From: Tubulanus polymorphus
Lineage: Eukaryota; Animalia; Nemertea
Reading direction: 5' to 3'
NCBI RefSeq assembly: GCF_964204645.1
Contig: NC_134031.1
Span: 21,025,910 to 21,089,909 of the forward strand
Length of the DNA stretch: 64,000 nt
In this document: positions 37,001 through 51,989 of the stretch, piece by piece
Layout of the letters: the number at the start of each line of letters is the position of its first letter
Numbering within the stretch: the stretch's first letter is position 1
Made by a program: the position numbers and the translations under genes
The notes under the pieces: generated by a model
Told to the model about the DNA's origin: nothing
Seen by the model: only the letters and a program-made list of their open reading frames with translations
The model's database searches: none

Positions 37001-40000
37001 TTCAAGCAATACTATTACTAACGTGAAAAAAAGATTCTGAATATTTGTCGGTGGTTCGAGGTATAGTAGGTTCTAACCGGTGAATTTATAATACAATAAA
37101 TAGTGTATATATATACATATATACATACATTGACATTTTTTAGCAGTCGGTAGAGTTTTTTAAATCAGTATCTACTCACAATTACCGAGGAAGGTCGGCC
37201 ATTTTTATATCGATGATACACGCAGCGCGAGCAGAAATATACGATCTAGTTCAATAAATCTATAAATAAAAACCTCTCGCATAAATTCGAAATAAAAATT
37301 CAACATCTTACTGACCTGTTTATTATCTAAGTATGTCATTGGAGCATACATTCAAACGTACGGGCCTTAGTTCATCGCAACCCCACTAGGGGGACTGCTC
37401 TACTCGAAACTATATTCATTTTGTAGATGAGTTTTTTAAGTCTAGACCGAGTCTAGACAGTAGACAGTATGTATGTGCTGAACCCAAATAAAAGAGCTGT
37501 ATAGGTGAAGGTCATATGCAAACAAGCAAACCTGTTACACAGAGAATATAGTGGCGCAGATAGATGAATGCAAACGATTTTTTCTGCATGCTGTAATAGG
37601 TCCATGTACATTGTAGGACGAGGGGTGTTAGGTGTACAAATGCACTCTACACGCATACACACTAAACACGCACCAAGTAGTCGTAGCTGCGTTTTACTAT
37701 TTTGATTGTACGATGGAGAGAGAGACGGAGCTGAGAGCCGCGTTTGGGTCAGTTCTGATTGATGTGCAGCGCTATGAATACTCGATTCATGTCGCACTAG
37801 TGTAGCATATAGAATGAGGAGACAGGAAAGAGCTGTGGTGGAAACTAAACGAAAATCAACATCAATGAAACATCTTCGATGCTAAAAACGCCGACAAAAG
37901 AGACTGCGCTCGTAGCGTTGAAAACATCTTTAATCACAACGCCTAAGAGAAAATAACTAGAAAATAGCTTCGGTTGTGTTTAGAATAGCTACTACGAGAC
38001 TATTGTCTTACGATCTGCATCTCCCGTTACTCCAGTATTCAACATCTTGAATATTTTTCTGGGTACAGTTGCAGATTAGAGAATACTGCATGAACTTAAA
38101 CGGGCTTCCTGTATCACCCTGTGATATACCGTAACTCTACCTAATTCTATTGCCCAACTTGACTTTTCATTCATTGCCTCAGAGAACCTTTTTATCCTCA
38201 GAGAAAATTTTGGTCGAAATATGTCGGTCATCAGTAAACCTTTCAGCGTTTTAAATAAATGACTGCGTGTAAATGAGCATGAGTTTAGAAATAAAGTCTT
38301 CAAACTCTAAAAGAACTCATCGATGTAGGCCTACTACGATTCAGACAAACTTTTCTAACCATCCTAACAGTACAAGGATTGGACCATCCATTACTACATG
38401 CTTCATACAAAAAAATGTGACATTTTTTGACACAAAAAAACGTCACGGTACAGTCATCTTGTGTTCAATTGACCCAACAACTAGAATAAGTGTAAATGAA
38501 ATATCAAAATATCAAGATAATTGATCATGTGTCTTAAAAATTTTCCATCAAAACCTCTAAAATGTGCTGATTTTAGTTGAACAATAATAGCCACCAGTCA
38601 GTCATCATAGTTCTGATCAGGCCAGTTTTTGGACTGCAGATTTGTCGAGGGTAGGTATACCAAATATCAAGAAAATCCTTCGTAAGGCCATGAATGATAA
38701 GTGAATGCAGTAAGCGTTGTAATAAGCATGCTAAGTTACTTACTATTTGGAATCCGTGTAGCATGGCTGGCACAGTGCTAGGCATTTAATATTTTGTACT
38801 AAGTTAACCGGTCATTTTTTGGATAATACTACAAATCTATGACGAGGAATTTTTCTCATCAGAGAATTATTTTCTAATCAAGTAAAACATGTATTTACAA
38901 CAACAAAAATGATTGCAAAAGCTTTCGATAAAACTATTTCCTTATCAAAGCTTATCTTCGTATGTTTATGAATGTGTATATATGTTTATCTCATCATCAT
39001 TGATTATGACACAAACATTCCTGTATATGTCTTACATAAATGTGAGAACGATGAGGACAGAAATTAGTCACAGAGAAAAATTAATGATTGGCTCCAGTAG
39101 TGATGATAATGACGTCATCTTAGGATTATTGGGAACATCTCAAGAATATTCCGCGATGAATCTTTTTACCAGTTACTCATATGAAATGCATACGGATGAT
39201 ACGACACTACCTGAAACTGATACTGTACCCGGGTATAAAGTTGTAATAAGCCAAATCTATGCATATTCTGCCAGGTATTACGTTCGCAATAAGTAAAATC
39301 ATCTCATGACATTTACAAAATAGAGTCTTCATATTTCTTATTGGCAAAAAACATCTTGTACGGAGTTGAACGCGACTGCCTCGTGAGACCTGACCACGCT
39401 CAAACCCTGCCCTGTTATACATTATGCCAAATAGAGTTAGCATTTTATTCAGTCCATGTTTTCTTCAGTGGAGCTCGTGTAGAATAGAATATTTGATTGA
39501 GCCCACATATTTTTGTGCAGTTAGTCCATGGAAGTTTAGAGCTCATGGACTAAGTAGAAAACCCGTGGTCCAAAAACAATTCAGCATAATGCTATAGTTC
39601 TGACAGTGATGGTAAATGATGGAACAGTGTGTGAGTTCAATTATAAGTTCATGTAAAAGATTTTGCCAGAAGGTAAACCAGAAGTTGGGACTGGTATTTT
39701 CGTAAAAATATAAGGGAGGAAGAGACTCCAGATAATACTAAAAACTTTAATGACATCTTTAGTATTGTTTGGTGTTTTACCAAACATTAACTATCACTGA
39801 TACTATGAAACTGATGATTGGTTATTTATGCCACAATGATTTTTCTTCTTCGTGTATTCTGGAAGAGTTTTAGCGAAATCTAATTTTCCAATAAACACCC
39901 TTCCCTCCTTCCCCTCCCCCTTCCCCTCCATACATACACTGGACGAGTAATTCACTGAAATTTCATTACATAAAATGCCACAAAAAGATGACTTGTTATG

Positions 40001-40242
40001 TCAGAGTTAAGAAGGGATAATTCCGCCCTGGACAATGACCTCTTGAGTCACATAAAAACATCAGAGTAAGACGAATTGAGAAGGGCTTTACGTGTAGATT
40101 GATCAATGAATACGTTATTGCTAGATCGATCTCTGCTGTAATTGACTAATGAGGATAAACAGATGATGAATAACACCAACAGAGTCATCGATTCAGCAGC
40201 CATCGAGTCCAGTTCATAAGTCGCCATCAAATCGGCGTTTTT

Positions 40243-40470
40243 TAGTCCAGGCCAAATTAGGCCAGGGACAACTGTTCACACGGGTGCCATAATAAGCCCG
40301 GGCCTGACCAAAAACCAATTAGACCAGGCCCCGAGCCAAATTTCAGCATAGGCCAAATTATTTCTTATGAATTGCAACTGGTTCTGTAAATGAATCACTT
40401 CACTTTGAGAATTGTTTAGCATTGAGTGAGTGGTTTACGCGCTCTCTAATTAGGCACAGGTCAAATTTGA
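40243..40470. mobile_element. Internal portion of the same MITE family
   Basis: Colinear with 24930-25160 (TTCACACGGGTGCC, GAATTGC.ACTGG, GAGTGA.TGGTTTACG, CTCTCTAATTAGGCACAGG). Confidence 0.75.
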
Positions 40471-42235
40471 CTCATACTGCAATTAACTACCTTCAAACTC
40501 AGTTTGAAGAATAATCACAGAATTCAAACTGAAACCGTTTAGCTTTCTTAAGCCCAGTGTACACGGTTTGCTACAATATCGCCTACAATACGACGACTGG
40601 CAACCTTTTACAAATAGTCACCAATGTCAAGATTGTTCAGTATCTAGTATGCTAGATATACAGCCACGAGATCGGTAAGAAATAGTTGTCAGTCGTATCA
40701 ATAACAACCAGCCAATCAGCACCGAGATTCACAAAGTGACAGCCCCCCAGGAATAAAGCGGCACCAACAACTAGTGACGCCACCTTGCGGCGATGGTCGA
40801 CGAATTACACAAAAGTTGCCATCGATTAAACATCTTACCGTTCGTGACTTTTATTTGCCTAGGGTGCCCGAGACTTACCACTTTTATATGACTTACAACG
40901 AGGCTGAATAAAAAGAAAAATGTCTCTGAAATTTAGAAAACCTCACATTCTGTATGAGTATTCTGTATGGCTGTATTCTGTATGACTGTATAAACGAGGA
41001 TTACAATCAGTGAACACAATCCTTCAATTTGCTGTTCCCCGGAATTTTGCAAAAAAAATGTCGCGCACTATATAGTGGTTGTGACGCATCTTCAAGCTGA
41101 GAAAATATCATCGGGCTTCGCCTCCAAGAAAATCACTGCAGCTCAGTTGGAAGAATCTCACTATTGCTGATAATAATGGAAAATTCCGCTTCGCAGTTGG
41201 TTCGCAGTTTATCTGGTGTCTTTCATTTGAGATTATGAGACAAATAACAAATGCACGCAATTGAACGTCTGACTGATATAAATGCACAAATTATTTTCAC
41301 GAAAAAACTTCCTTAACTAATGAATAGCTATAGAAATATATGGGATATTGAGCATTGTTCCGAAAGTTACACAAATTCGAAAGTATTTCTTTATGCGTGA
41401 CTTTTCAACTTTCCCAAAAGGAAATGAGGCCTTTGTAGACATTTCACTAGTGACTGTGACTGATTAAGGTAATTTCAGAAACAATTGCTGAAGAAAGTTG
41501 CCCTAAAGCAAGCAATGAAATTCTAGAACTTTGCGATGTGATGTGCAATCCTAAATGAATTTCCTAAATATTTCCCGGATTAGAATAAAATCTAGCAATA
41601 AAGTTTAAAAGCCGATTTTCCAGTAAAATTGGAACTACGACCGAAGTACTGAGGTACGGAGGTACTGAGGTACTGGTCGAACTTTATACCCCATCTATTT
41701 ACAATTTATCAGAAAACTGCCATCATTATAACTATAGTTACTATTTGTATGGTCGTGATTTTTTGTACCTGAATAGGAACGTTGTGCGCGGCAACGGCTA
41801 TTTCATTTGCCTCCCGTATAGGAACATGTTTCTCTTAAATTCAGAATAAGTTGTGTATGCGCATCGAGCTCACGCATTGGGAGGATCGCAAACACAGATA
41901 CCTTCAGGACACACATCTATCCACGAGAACTGATCAAATAAAATATATAGATTCTGTAATAAATAACTCTGTGTTTTCATTACAACATGCATCATCTTAT
42001 GCAAAGTATTTTTCTCTTTTCACTTCTTAATACATAAAATATAAAACATCGTATGACGGACGAACTACAAAAATACATCGTATTTATTGCAAAGCATTAA
42101 GAGTAATGAAATGATGGGATGTATTTCAAATTGATTGAGGGGTAATAGTCAGAAATTGAAATAAAATCTAGGAAGAGCGCATTGAAATTTTCATCGCCAG
42201 ACAAACTTTTTCACAACTAGTGACAGCCACTGGCG

Positions 42236-42476
42236 TACCGGCACCATCATATCGGCGTATAAGCACAGCGTACCGGCACCATCATACCGGCACCATCATA
42301 CCGACTTATAAGCACAGCGTACCAGCACAGAGTACCGGCACCATCATATCGGCGTATCAGTACATCGTACCGGGCACAGTGTACCGGCACAGCATACCGG
42401 CACAGTGTACCGGCACAGCATACCGGGCAGTGTACCGGCACAGCATACCAGTGTACCGGCACAACGTACCGGGCAC
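42236..42476. repeat. Degenerate about 13-bp tandem repeat TACCGGCACAGYR
   Basis: Seen directly; accounts for ORFs 42220-42606 and 42247-42462. Confidence 0.85.
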
Positions 42477-44499
42477 ACGTATATTCTTTTATGAATTTTT
42501 GCGTATAAACGAAATGAGAAACCGGATTAAAGAAGTATCCCGACCGGTGTCCTCATACAATCGACGGTGTGTCATATTTCTCACATGGCTTACTGTACAT
42601 GATTAATGAAGAATCATCTCCCATCAACATCAACAAACAACGCAGCGACATCAAGAGATTGATCATTAATCTAGAAACATACCGGCTAGGTACGGGCTCC
42701 GGTGACAAACTGACCCTTCCTCGTGCGGTACAAAGTTTCCAAGTTGTCTTATCGTAACAGGAATGACAAAAAAATCCAGAAAATCCTTTTTTCGCAAATT
42801 TTTCAATAAATATAGAAACGATAAGGAGAAAAATGATAAATAATTCAAGTTCAACATCGGACTGTTATAAATGAACTGAACTGAACATCTTCATCTCCCA
42901 ATAACTACTTTTCCCTCTCAATACAACGTATTACCAATTCTACTGACTATTAGCAATACAATCCACCTCAATAGAATAAACATTTCCAAGTATGCATCAT
43001 TCCATTGCAGAAGCTTTCAGACATACCTTTCAACTAAATAGAACGTCTGAAAGGGATGGTCAGTACCGAACAAACGCTGTCCCATTTATAAATGTCAACC
43101 ATCAAATGAGGCTCTGATCGTAAAGATTAACAAATGATGATAATAATGATATTCCGACGATATCCTAAATACCAAAAGTTGCTCTAAAGAAGGCTGGAAA
43201 AAACTCAAAGAATACCAAACTTGCATAAAGTATCGATATACAATGGGGCTTCGGTTGACCAATGACTGATCCCGATCCGAACGGCTACTTTTATTATGTT
43301 TCCTTTTTTGATCACGCTCAGATTTCCGACTGCGCCACAAAAAAAATTTCATTTAACATCATCGATGTAGAACCGATGTTGGATATGGGGTTATCGTGTG
43401 ACACAATGCCACGGCAATCAACAAATTTATCAATAACGAATTGGACGATAGTTTCAATGGTGAAAAAATCAGTGGCCAGCATTGTTGTTCGTCATGACGA
43501 TTGCGTAACTACGAATCCCGCAATCTTAGCAAAAAAACAATATTTGCAACCGCCGAAACCAACGCGAACAATTGCGTGTACCGGTGTAATATTTCAAACC
43601 CATCCGAGATATCGAAAACATTTAAAAGTTTCAGTACTTGCGACAAAAACTCGTCGTTTACTGTTGCGAAGAATAATCTCACAAGCTTTGTACTGCGTAT
43701 TGCTTACAACGTCTAAGATGACGTTAAACGATGCAGATTTTACCAAAATGACCATTCTGAAATTCCTTAACCTTTTTTTTCATTGAGGATAGATTTTATC
43801 TCAATAAGCAGGAAAAGATGTCATCGGTTTGGCCTCACCGACAACGCGAGTTCTGTCTGCAGCTTAAAGTTGTTTACAATGAGATATGATACTTAATTAA
43901 GCCCCACCTGACATGAATGACATTAAAAACACAGAGTGATTGGACAAAAACACAGAGTGATTGGTGCTATCACCATTTCATCGCAAAGTATATATACATA
44001 TATATACACACATAAAATGATAAGTTCATAATATAACGTATCGTTATTGGGGAACTAATTTTGTCGCGACTTTAACATTTTTATTACACATCATCTCGGA
44101 TATTGTGATCGACCCCTTCACATATTTATCATCGTTCAATAGAGTTTTGACAATAGGTTTTCAAAGTGTGGCAATAGTCACTACTCATATCGGGTCAATT
44201 TCCATTCAATAAGTCTGAAGTGAGGTCCTGAACACAGACAAACAAGTTAATAAATTAAACCCACTATAAACACGACATTTCAAACTGTCACTAGAGATCA
44301 TCATCAGTTTTAAATTCTGTATATATTGGGATTTTTAACTTATTATCTGTTCTCCACATTATCTAATTATCCGTGTTGATTGTGGCTGTTTTATTAAAGG
44401 TAGAGAAACCTCGATCAAACGTTTGAAGAGGGGGGGACCAGGGGGGGGGGACCAGGGGGGGGACCAGGCAGCGGATTGATACTGCATGGAACCCGAATT

Positions 44500-44575
44500 A
44501 GAGTCCTCGGGAATTGAACCAAACATTGCACCTTAAACCCAACGACGCTGAGCCCTGAACCGCTCAATCTCAGCT
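44500..44575 (-). mobile_element. Possible decayed tRNA-derived SINE head
   Basis: Minus strand has A-box-like TTGAGCGGTTC and B-box-like GGTTCAATTCCC about 40 nt apart, with no cloverleaf. Confidence 0.25.
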
Positions 44576-47500
44576 ACATACTAAAAACTTACATCGATTT
44601 CCAGTTTCTAATCAAACCTGGGAGGTGTGGTGGGTTTGTAATTTACCGATCAAATAGATAAGAGGAACCATCCCTATTTTATTATTCAGAAATAGAAATA
44701 ATAAAAATATACTTGAAAATAAGCATTTTCTAAAAGCATTAACGAGTAAAACTCATTCTCGACAAAAATATGACCCGACACTAAACGCAAACATTATTTT
44801 GTCATCTTTTGATTCGATTTAAATTGCTCCGGTCAAGAGCCATTAATCCGGCTTACACTTTTTATTCGGATGACCAAACGCTGGACAGATGTCTAATGTC
44901 CAGTTAATGAAATGATAAACGCATTAGTCCAAGCGACACGAACTCTCAACTATATCACTTAGGCGCCTTGAAAAACTGGCGTAAAATTACGGCGACAACT
45001 TTGGCGCCAGAACCATCGCTCGAAATCAAATAATCATCGCCCAACTGATAATAGATACGGAGAATAAAATTTCATTAACAACAAAAAATGGCATATTTCA
45101 CAGAGGTAATCAATCTACTCGAGATGTGCTTGAATTTTATGAAAATAAATAAAATCTTAAATGAATATCTCTATAACAACTTGTCCCCTATCAGAATACA
45201 GATCTCTTGCACGTCATTTGACTTTCCCCTGACATATACGTTGCTGTTGTTGATCTGCTAAGAATTCAATCAATTAACACAGGGGGGGGACTGTTTGACC
45301 ATGATACAAATTTCCCCTTATTTCACAAAGTTTCCTGACTTTTTTAAAGAATAAAAATTTTCCCAAATTTCTCCTGATTATGTGGTGAATGGCGCCACCT
45401 GGTACTGCTGAAATCACTCACTTCATTTCTGGATTAAAACTTCTCAATAACGCTACAACAATACCTGTATATATGTAAAATACTAGTTGTTCCGTCTCAA
45501 CCAGTCACAAACTGGATCATCGCGTATTTATCATAAACATGAAGGAAGATGAAAGCGAGATATCACGTGGCTTTTAATCTTCTTACAAATATCATTCCGT
45601 AATAAACGTAACTATAATTTTTCTTAAACTGATTACGACTTAAACCCCGAACGCCGGCGCCCAGATTTATTTTCTATAATCGCTTTTTGCGACAGAAAAA
45701 GTTCCGCGAGATGTAACTGCAACCCATATATATAATATGAAAGATTTATTTGAAATTTCTAGAAAAAATATTGACGCCTCGAAGCGAGCTACAGACAGCT
45801 CACTGACATACACGTTATACTCATATGATAAAAGTTCAACTTTAAAAGAATTAATTTCACTAAACGCAAGCGAGGCACCTTTTTTTAATTTAATCACGAT
45901 ATATATTTTCAGGGGCAAACTGCCAATAGTAATTCGCCCGAAGAAGAACATCGTTTCTAAAAGCTGCTTATGGATTTTTGAATTTGAACCGAATATTCAA
46001 CAAAGGGTTTTTTTACGCAATCTCGTTGTTGGTATAAAGGTTTAAACGTGCGCACGTTGAAACGATCACCACGGGGCAAATATTCTTTTACAACCGCGCA
46101 AAAACTTTGATTAAAAGGTTATTTTGAAGCGAATGAAAAATCGATGAACATTAAATTCAAAATTGGGGAAGAAACATCAGAATCATCGAGTTTTATGAAT
46201 GTAGTATGCTATATATATATATATACGCAGGTCGCCGGTGACTTCTAGGAATAAATACCACTATACTTATACATGACCAGCACGACACGATTTAGTTACT
46301 GATATTCCTTTTCTTTTCTTTACTTCCTTTTTTTCAATTTCAATTATCATCATAAGCGTTTTGGTTGTTTTTTTTATTATCAACTCATTTTTTCTCATGT
46401 TCTCTTAATTTTTCTACTATCAATTTATCTACATATCAAAATATCAAATATCTCAATATCAATAGTACATGACTCAACATTTTAACAATTATCACGCTGT
46501 ACTCTTCAGACTTTTCAGGATAATCAAGAGAACTAAACATTATTTCAATTCAAATTTTTGTAATAAAACATTCCAAATTTTGGTTAAAAGATGTAATTGA
46601 GGGTTAACTGTTACGTAACTGAAAAACTTCGCAAGAAGTCACATTTCTAGAGTTAAAAATCTCTCAGGAATAAAAACTGATCAGAAAAAGTGTATTGTAG
46701 TATATTTTTCACAAAAGGGGAAACACTCGGTGTCTTATTCCGTTACGGGTCAAATCTCCATCACGCGATGTGGAAGACAGATATGAATGGTGGGCGGAGT
46801 TGTCCTTGAAGAGGAAATCCCACCCCGAACCGGCGTGAGACCAGCGGGAGACCGGAGTGAGACCGACGACGTGACACAGCTCAGATCTCTCCTCAGGGAT
46901 AACATCTCCAAACGGCGTACATGATGAGCATTGATAATATCACCGGTCCTCGCCAACAGAATACGACAGATCTTCACCAACAGTATTTTCTTTACAACTG
47001 TCTTGTTTTTTTCGTATACGCTTCGTTGTCATTCATTAGTCCAGGAGAATTGTCGCACCTGGTGCCAGTTATAATAAAAAAAAACATTTGCCTGCATCGA
47101 AACAAACCAAGAATTCCGTTCCGACATTTCTGACTTATTTTTTACCTCGACGCAATTTCTTTCAAGCATTTCATTCCACGGGTTCTGGCGACGGTGGAGA
47201 AAATCGAAAAACATTCGATCCGGCGAAAGTTGCGGATGACGCGAAGGCCGCACAATTAAACCATTAACATATTGCGGCGTTATCGTCGGCGGACAATAAT
47301 GATTCCGATGATTCCAACGAATCGATAGCGAATCGGGCAAAAGTGAGCGAAATAAAAACCACGAGTTCAAGAATCACGACAATGTTGCCAGAAACGTGAT
47401 ATATAACACAAGATGAAAGAAAAAAGAGAATAAAAAAGTTTGAAAAGTCGGCTACATTTATTCAGTTGAGTTAGGAAACGAGACATGTCTCGTCGGAAGA

Positions 47501-50500
47501 GTACAGAACAATGCAGCAACTAATATCAGAAATACAACTCTACCAGCTCAGTTTTCATTCCAAAAAAACCTTACAATTTTTTTCTGGAATTAGTATTATT
47601 TCATTTAAACTCCTATACCTCGAGATTTTCACTGTTAATATCGCGAGGTTGGATTTCTCAGTTCGTACACTACTTATGGATAGTTTTAACGCGTGTGATT
47701 CACGGAGTTCCGGGTGAGAGCTATTTCTGTTTGGCTGAAGAGTAGAGATGGAGTCCCTGTTCTATGCCAAAAAGCGATGATCAAATGGTTTCGTAATTCC
47801 TTCTCCTTTTCCACTTAGAATATTCATTTAATCATGCGTTCGCATCTTCTGGGAGAAGACCATTCACAAACAAGCTTCGCTTTTCAATTTCGTTACAATA
47901 ATATTGAATCACCGGGTCTTATCCACGGCGACCTCGGTTCAATAGATGACAGGACCTGCTGACATCATTCGACGACGCGAAAACTAATTTTTCCATGACA
48001 TTGCTCGAACATGACTAGAAAGATGATGCGAACTCGGTCGAACACGAGCACCGTGTATCGTTTATTTCATGCCGTGTTTACAATAAACTTATACACTATT
48101 TACAAATCTATTTATGAATTTAAAATCATTAAGCAAAATATATGGAGTTTGAGGAGTTTTGCACTGTGACTAGATGTGAATAGAGACCATCGTTACACTT
48201 GCTTTTATACATCTTCGATTGACCGCTTTAACAGATTATTCTACAACTAGACGAACTTGAACAGACAATTTACTCCACATGAAACAGGTTTTTACTGGAT
48301 TTTAGATTCAAATTTTAGACCTAAATTCAAATTATAGACCATGTATGTTATATCTCCATTTATTTTCTTATGAAAGTTCTTTTTGGTTTCGAATATGAGA
48401 ACCCCTTTTTGAATTCCAGGCTACAGCTAGCCCGGTAACACTTGTAATGTTCACACTACGGAATTAGACCTAGATCACGCTTTATACGCTCGCTCGAAGT
48501 CGACGTATTTGACCGGGCGAAAAGATGACGACGGAAAAAAAAACAACCGAACAAACAACATACGGACGACGACGTGTTCATAATTTTTTCCGGATCCGCT
48601 TTCGCAAGTTTTTAAACGTAACGTAATTGATACGTAGTCGTCGTCGTACTGAGACACGTCTAATGAGCGTCGAGCCCATGTGTGTCCACGTGTGTGTACC
48701 AATTGAAATTTACTCATACGAGAAACATCGCTGTCGGATTCATCGACCGATACTGACCGAGATAACGCAACCTGCCGCTGATGACATTATTAACGCGATA
48801 TTAGAAGATGACGATGAAGAACTGGCAGCCGGCGAGTTGTTGTCCAGTTACAAATTCCGGGACGAGTACCCGGGCAGTGCACGTACGCTTAATATTACGT
48901 TACTGGTTTCGAAGAGATGAAAGAATGCAGCCGCATCACCCTGCAGGTCGATCGATAGATCTAATTTACGTTGTCATCCTTATGCAATCTCTCGTTCGCG
49001 TCTCTGGAGAAAGGGCACACCTGGTGCTTACAAATATTGAATGGAGCCCCGGTATAGCGGCGTTTGATGATGCCATGTGCGCCGTACGAAAAATACTTCT
49101 TGAGCCATCATCATCATCATCAACATCCAGCAGCAGCAGCAGCAGCAGCAGTGGTAGCATCATCATCAACAAACAATGAAGAAAAACGCAATGCGAAAAA
49201 TATCTCCCGCTGTCGTTGTCAGAATCGACCAATTGGCAAACGAACTCGATTAAACAAACCCAGATCAAATGTAGTCAACTCAAAACGAGGAAATAATCTT
49301 TAAGTCAAAATGAAGATACCTGAAAAACTACATTCGTTGAGAACGATGTTAAATCTTTCCCACAGTTAGCCATAGAAATCCCTACACATCTCCGGTTAGG
49401 TACCAGCAACGAGAATCCTGTTTGTGACCAGTGAGAATCCACTAGGTGCATTAGTTTAGAAAAAATATTTGGGGTCAGAATTGTTTTAGAGCGGGACTCT
49501 TAGATGATCTGGCAGAAGAGAGGTTGCTGTGCTCGTAAAGCCTATAGGTGACCCTAGCTTTACTAGCAAGTCACGTCATCTGTTGGGAGAGCCGATATTC
49601 TGGTACCCCATTGAATAGCATTATTTGAGGCAAAGCTTAAAAAGGTAAAAAAGGTTAAAATAGCATCGAATGACATTCGCACAGCAATTATAATTCACCT
49701 CTTACACTGTCAAAATGAAATATGATCAGATCGTTGTTGCATAATGGTTTGTGATGAACATCCTGATGATAAGTAGACAGGTATCTGATATCGAGATATA
49801 CTCTCTCTCATAATGTGCATGTATGTAATATTTTTTTTGGCGCCGTAAAAACCGTTACAATAATGTTTATATACATCGATACCTCCTGGTATTGCGCTAT
49901 AGAAGTTGTTGTGTATGAGTCTATGCTCACTATGTCATCAATATCGGCCGTTCAAATACAATCTTGAATTCTGGCTTTGATTTTGTAATTAAATATATTT
50001 CATAGGCCTTTTTGATAAATCTTAATAATCATATATGGAGGCTAGACTGGTTACCAGTCAATTCAATTCAATAATTGATATATTTCAATTTGAAAAAACT
50101 TCATCGATCCCTAATATCATATAATATCATTAACCTTCGACGATATTCAGCTATATATGTGGTAAGGCATCAGTTTATCTTGTTTTAGAAATCCCTGAGA
50201 TGATTATCAAATTTGCAGGTATTGAAAATCTCTGTCTTGACAAAAATGGCAACTTCAATAGGAAGGCAACCGGTCCCGGACCACAAGGCAACCGGTCCCG
50301 GACCACTCGAAACCAGCCCATAAATCCACCCTTGTAGAGATGGGGATGATACGAAGACAAACCACAGAAAATACGAGATTGAATGACTACGAGTTAGATA
50401 AAAATCATCTTTATACTCGAATGTGACTTTTAGAAATTTGTACAAAATCTGTGAAATTCAATCTGATGTTGAATAATGTAAACTTACAGCCGTTATCATC

Positions 50501-51734
50501 ATGGTTTCTATATTATACTATGAGGTGTTTTAATATCGATATTCTTTCCTTGTTTTCGGATAAACTAAACTCGAAACTAGACTCGAAACTCGCGATCAGC
50601 AAACTAAAATAAAGAGATATTTTTCACGACTAAATTTCATTATTTTTCTTTATATTCACAGTTATATCACGTCTACTAAAAGATCTTCCTGCGAAGGGTA
50701 TTACACAACTGTGTATTCATATTTAATGATCCTCACACAACTCAGTGTCATCTGTCCATATTCATTATATAATTTTTATCAGCGCGAGGATGTATTATTA
50801 TTCGTGTCACGTTGTTGGTCGTGTCATTTTCTGCCCAGTGAACCGTCGACAGCGGCGTGATGACCCTTGTTTTTTTTTTTGTTCCGGCGTAGTACCGCGC
50901 GCCATTATTCGCCAACTGTTCACCTCCATATGTCTGCGGCCAGCCATACGACGAATTAATGATTTCTTTGAATATAATTTCATACATAAATAGGTACAAT
51001 TATAAGAAGGACAACCCCAAGCTCGCTGGGCTGAGCCCGATAGAAGGATTGCCCTAGGAAAAAAGGAATTTATAAACTATTTCAATATTAAGCTGGAAAC
51101 TCTTTCTATTGTTACGTGGTGCTCTTTCTCCTGGGACGCACACCGCAGAAGGTCAGACCTTGACATCGTTTTTACAACCGGATCCCGAGGCCAAAATGAC
51201 GATTGTCTAAGAAATAAAAGTACGCCGTGGAAATTCGCACAATGACAAAACTGAACAATTTGTTCAGTTCAATTCGGGGCCATCAAAATTACGTGCGGCT
51301 TCACCTAACGCAGCATGGTGTGAACATTCACGTGATCTAAATAACTTTAAAAAACTCTTTCAAATAATCAGCAAAATAGCTACGTTTAGAGAGCGTGTTT
51401 TTATAACGTAAATTGACAATAAAACTATGAGATTTTACATTCTCCACAAATGGATTTCCAAGTTTCCTCGAATCTACAACTTTACGACTATTTTCGTTGT
51501 CAATATAAAGAAGAACGTTATGAAGAACTGGGTAAATTTATAATTGCCACAATCAGCAAAACAATCCAATTAGTGCATTACGCAATATTTCCTTTCAAGA
51601 AACGTGATTTTTTTTTCTAGCAAAGTTTGATTTTTTAATTAACCCTGTAAATATCGATGAAAGGCCATCTTTCAACAATTCGTACATGTATCACATGCAT
51701 CGCTTTATTGTATAGCCATCAAATATATATTTTT

Positions 51735-51989
<255 letters not shown>

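Noticed and set aside
43262-43786. 174-aa plus-strand ORF (also 54129-54602 and 38913-39296)
   Set aside because: No recognisable domain, composition like non-coding DNA and no splice support.
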